This document shows positions 60,375-64,000 of a DNA stretch of 64,000 nucleotides, one piece after another. The notes under the pieces were generated by a model, which was not told the DNA's origin, made no database searches, and saw only the letters and a list, made by a program, of their open reading frames with translations. Position 1 is the stretch's first letter; each line of letters begins with the position of its first letter. Position numbers and translations under genes: made by a program. The stretch is from Psammoneis japonica (taxonomy: Eukaryota), in contig QPGO01000114.1 of the NCBI GenBank assembly GCA_008632985.1, positions 186,001-250,000 on the forward strand. The letters are read 5' to 3'.

Positions 60375-63300
60375 GCATCAATTGCCCTGGTGTTGTGCTT
60401 CAGAAGCACATTCAAAACATTTGCTCTGTTTTCACACTGAGTTGCCAGGTGGAGAGCTGCAAATCTGCCAACACGGTCTGCATCTCATGACAAGGATTTG
60501 ATCCCACCAATCTTGGCTCCATGCTCCAGCAACAGTCGAGCACCATTTTCGTTCCCACCTGTTGCGGCATGTGCTGCAACAGCCTGTGCCCCATTTCACC
60601 TTGTTGGTGGATGTTTGTGTGCTGGGCAGTGCCACATGACAAGAGCCCACAAAGAGTTGACTTGTGCCCACAGATGCAGTTGAGTGCCAGTGGTGTAAAC
60701 CCCCAGTCGTTGCACTCCCATTGCCAAAGAATCAAAATCTCTTGCAGCGTCAGCAACAGAGTGGATGTCTTCCTCTGTTCCAAGCACAACAGCTGTGTGC
60801 AAAACATCCTCAATGTCTGGGAACCGCTGCTGTCCCTTGGCCTTTTGAAGCCATTTGCAAAGCAGCTCCACTCCTTGCTCCCCGAGAGCTTGGACAAAAT
60901 TTTCACGGGGGTTGTCACACTGCGCCATTGCAGAAGTGTTGTGATCAACAAGGACGAACTGGCAAAAAATGTGAAATGTGCAGTGTGATTGTGGCAAGAT
61001 GATGATGGCAAAACAAGGGCAGCAACACACTGCTTGGATGAAACATTGTGCAGTGTGGTGCAATGGAAGAATGTTGCCAATGCTCGCTTGTTTTTTTTTT
61101 GCTTCTTTCTGAGTTCTGCCATTCTCTCGGAAGACTGCTTTTTGTCACACTCACATTTCAAGCTTTTCTCCATTCATCTTCTGATTCAGGCACATTCACT
61201 GGAACACTCTTGCATTTGACCAATGAGCAATGTTGTCATCCCCACCATGAGCAATCCTTGGCAAGGTTGGGGCATCCAAAAGGAGTGGCACTGCACCGCC
61301 ATCAGTCTGCCCAGCATCCGTCCCTGTCAGCACTGACAATGCAGGCAGCTTGAGTGGGAGCAGCTGATGGTGCCACTGGCAATGGGTTGGTTGAAATGTC
61401 ATGTGTCATCAGCATTGTCAAATGCATTCTCTGTGGCAGTCTGCTCCAACTCCTCTGCTGTCAGCTCCAAGGGAGGCTCATTGCTGGAACAGTTTTGAAA
61501 AGCAGCAGCCAGATTGTTGCTCTGTTCTTCCCAACCTGGCCTTGCAATTTTTTCCAACAGGCCACAGCAGTCCACTCCTGTGGTGTCCTTGAGCATTGCC
61601 AGCTCTTGTGTCACTTTCCACTTGTTGTGGTGGATTCTGAGCACAGAAGGGAGCTTGGGAAAAATCGTGACATGGCCCACTTTCAGTTTGAACAATCTTG
61701 CCAACACAACCCAAGTTTTCCAGGTGGGTTTTGAATGATTCCTTAAGAAAATCATTGCAAATCCACTTTTCGTTTGGATGGCTGATGTGCAATGGGGGGC
61801 CTCTGAGTTCCATGCATTCTTGCAAAAAAGCAAGAAGAGCCCCTTGTGTGAGATTTTGCATGTCGACATTACATTGAGCAACACACGGCATGCAGGGCTC
61901 ACCAGCAAGAAACTTCAAGTTGCCTGTGAGCTTGGGATCTGGTGTGTCTTGGTGCTTGACAAACTTTTCACCACAAGTCAATGGCCCCACTCCAAGTGCA
62001 ACAAACTCCTCTGCTGGTTTGAACAAGGACTGGTCAGTGTGGTGGGGAAATGGATCACAGCCAAACAACTTGAGCACTGAAAGTTGCACTCAATTGACAA
62101 CATTGTGACATGGCATGCCAAAGTCATGGCAATCACCACATCACATCCCAGCATTTGTGCTGCATTGACGTGTGTGACAAGGAGAAGCAAGAAGTGCCCC
62201 ACCTCTGCACCAAACTTGATTGCAAAACATTGGGTGCACATTCTGGCTGTCCGACAGCTCAGATGCTGGAATCTTCCCCGCACACCTCACATTTGCAATT
62301 TGGGCCTTCAAAACACTGCAAAGCCACAAATGCAGACATGGATCCAATGCCGCACACTCCTTTAAGTCCTCACAGATTTTCATGATTCTCCAGTCTGCAT
62401 TCTGGCCAAACTTGTCAATGCATGCCTCAAGAAGTCAAGCACAGAGTTTTTGCATGCTGCAGCCCTCCAGATGATTGGAGCCCAGTTGTTTTGCTAACTC
62501 CATTGTTTCAATTGCTCTTGGCGGTGCACTGATTTCCAAGAGCATGGCATCCACCAACATCAAATGAGACATTCATGGCAGCAGGAATGCCTTTTGGAAG
62601 CTGGCGGCATGTCAGCTGCATCAAAAAGACCTGTTTCTGTCAAGTCAAGAACCACGACTTTATCGCAGAGCTGGGGTGGAAAGCATGTCTGAACCACCCG
62701 CGTTGTCAATCAAATGCATTGGCTGACAATGCCACCCATGGGACTCAAGAGTGCCACACTTGCCACAGTGGATGCATTTGTGCTCATTCAGAGCCAACCT
62801 TGTGGATTTCCCATTGTGCCCAAATGGGTCAAAATGAAAAACCCATGCAGCCCCCTTTGCCCAATTAAAAGGGTCAAGAGTCAGAAGTGACACAGCTGAA
62901 ATGTTGGGCGGATGCCACTGCTGCTTGCTGTTCTCACATGCACCTGCATTGCTGGAGCTCATGACTGCATTCTTGACTCCTTCCAAGCAATTCAACAGCA
63001 GTGAGCCAGGCTGGGGTTTGCACTGAGACAACTCACACTCTTCTTTTTTGTTGCTTTGCTGATGTCATGTTCAGTGTCTTCATCACAGTCTTCATCATTG
63101 TCGCTAAAACGCGCCTCGTCATCGTCGTCACCTTCCTCCTGTCCTTGTGCCAACCCAGTTCTGGCAATGTCTGCAGCTGCAGCGAGCCTCTCCAGTGCCT
63201 GAATTTGCTTTTCCTCATCTCTCTTCTGTTTGTTGAGACACTCTTGTGCCAGAGCCTCTTGTCTTTCCCTTGCTCTGTCTGCTGGCAGCTCTGCTTCTGC

Positions 63301-64000
63301 TGCTTTCTGCTGCTTGGCTTGTTGCTTGCACCAAGCTTCTGCAACTGTCAACACCAGCTGAGCACTCTGCTTTTGAGCCAATTCTTTGTTTTGATCATGC
63401 TTGGCTCCAAAAACAGCTCCTTGTCCTTTGGCGTGCGAGACTGGTCTGCCAGACCCCTTTCCATTGCTGCCACTGCTGGCTCCGCCTGTGGCAATGGTGC
63501 TTCACAATGTGAGTGTGAGAGCAATGGAAAGCATTTGTGAACATCTGGGTTGCTGCAGTGTGATGACTCCTCTTGCTTTGCTTGAGTCAAGTCAATCAAA
63601 AAGCTCTGCCCACGCCAGGTGAAAAAATGCCTTTTGCACCACATGGATCTGTGCGGAGTGTTCCTGATCTTTCATTGTGCTCATTTGTTGGATGAAAAAG
63701 GTTGTTGGTGTGCAACGACCAACTCAGGTCAACACGTTGCCTTTCATTGACATCAACAAGCACCGGCACACAAACCCTGTTTCACCTCTGGAAAAGTCAA
63801 AGCATTTGGGATGTCACAATGGAAAGTGTCTCAAGCCAAGCTCTGGGTGCACACTGAGGGTGCCATCTCCAACAGCTGCTTCTTTGCAAAGATGACAATG
63901 CCCATCATTGCAAACAAAGTTCAACCTCAAATGATGCCAGTGGAGAGGTGCCTTGTGCACCACTGCACTGGCTTGTCAAAGAACCAAATGACATTGCCAA
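59250..64000. other. TpA- and CpG-depleted decayed repeat domain running to the window edge
   Basis: TA is very rare and TG/CA saturated; no recognisable intact domain. Confidence 0.8.
59345..60100 (+). pseudogene. TpA-mutated tandem duplicate of the MYND gene 3' end and its downstream region (58285-59100)
   Basis: cccgacgatgtgga.attcaag, catgaaca.ggttgttcc.aaatgc, tcaagctctctttct and ggctttgaaacatgaac are shared. Confidence 0.75.

Overview
This is eukaryotic genomic DNA that looks like a diatom or other stramenopile: GT-AG introns, an A-F type bipartite plastid leader, an RXL-motif Gly/Lys/Tyr protein and CoDi-like copia elements. Gene islands encode an alpha/beta hydrolase, a CDP-alcohol phosphatidyltransferase, an amidohydrolase-3, a bacterial-like adenylate cyclase, a GKGY-repeat protein, a PhyH dioxygenase and an ARM-MYND protein. 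They alternate with repeat-rich domains holding two copies of one Ty1/copia family (one complete, with a TTTCC TSD), a decayed Ty3/gypsy element, tandem repeats and local segmental duplications. The dominant signal is a domain-restricted, both-strand A:T>G:C hypermutation at TpA (TA>TG or TA>CA) that spares YTAR contexts. It is directly visible between LTR pairs, between the two copia copies and between duplicated host genes. It turns Tyr codons into Cys or His, erases stop codons and outpaces CpG decay. It usually hits only one copy of a duplication, spares the 5' ends of LTR elements, and several domain edges carry CTAG/AGAGTAG motif clusters. This reads like an 'inverse RIP' genome-defence mutagenesis; the responsible enzyme is not visible in the window. 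The copia PBS also appears to match the anticodon arm of tRNA-Asn (half-tRNA priming). All counts were made by eye.
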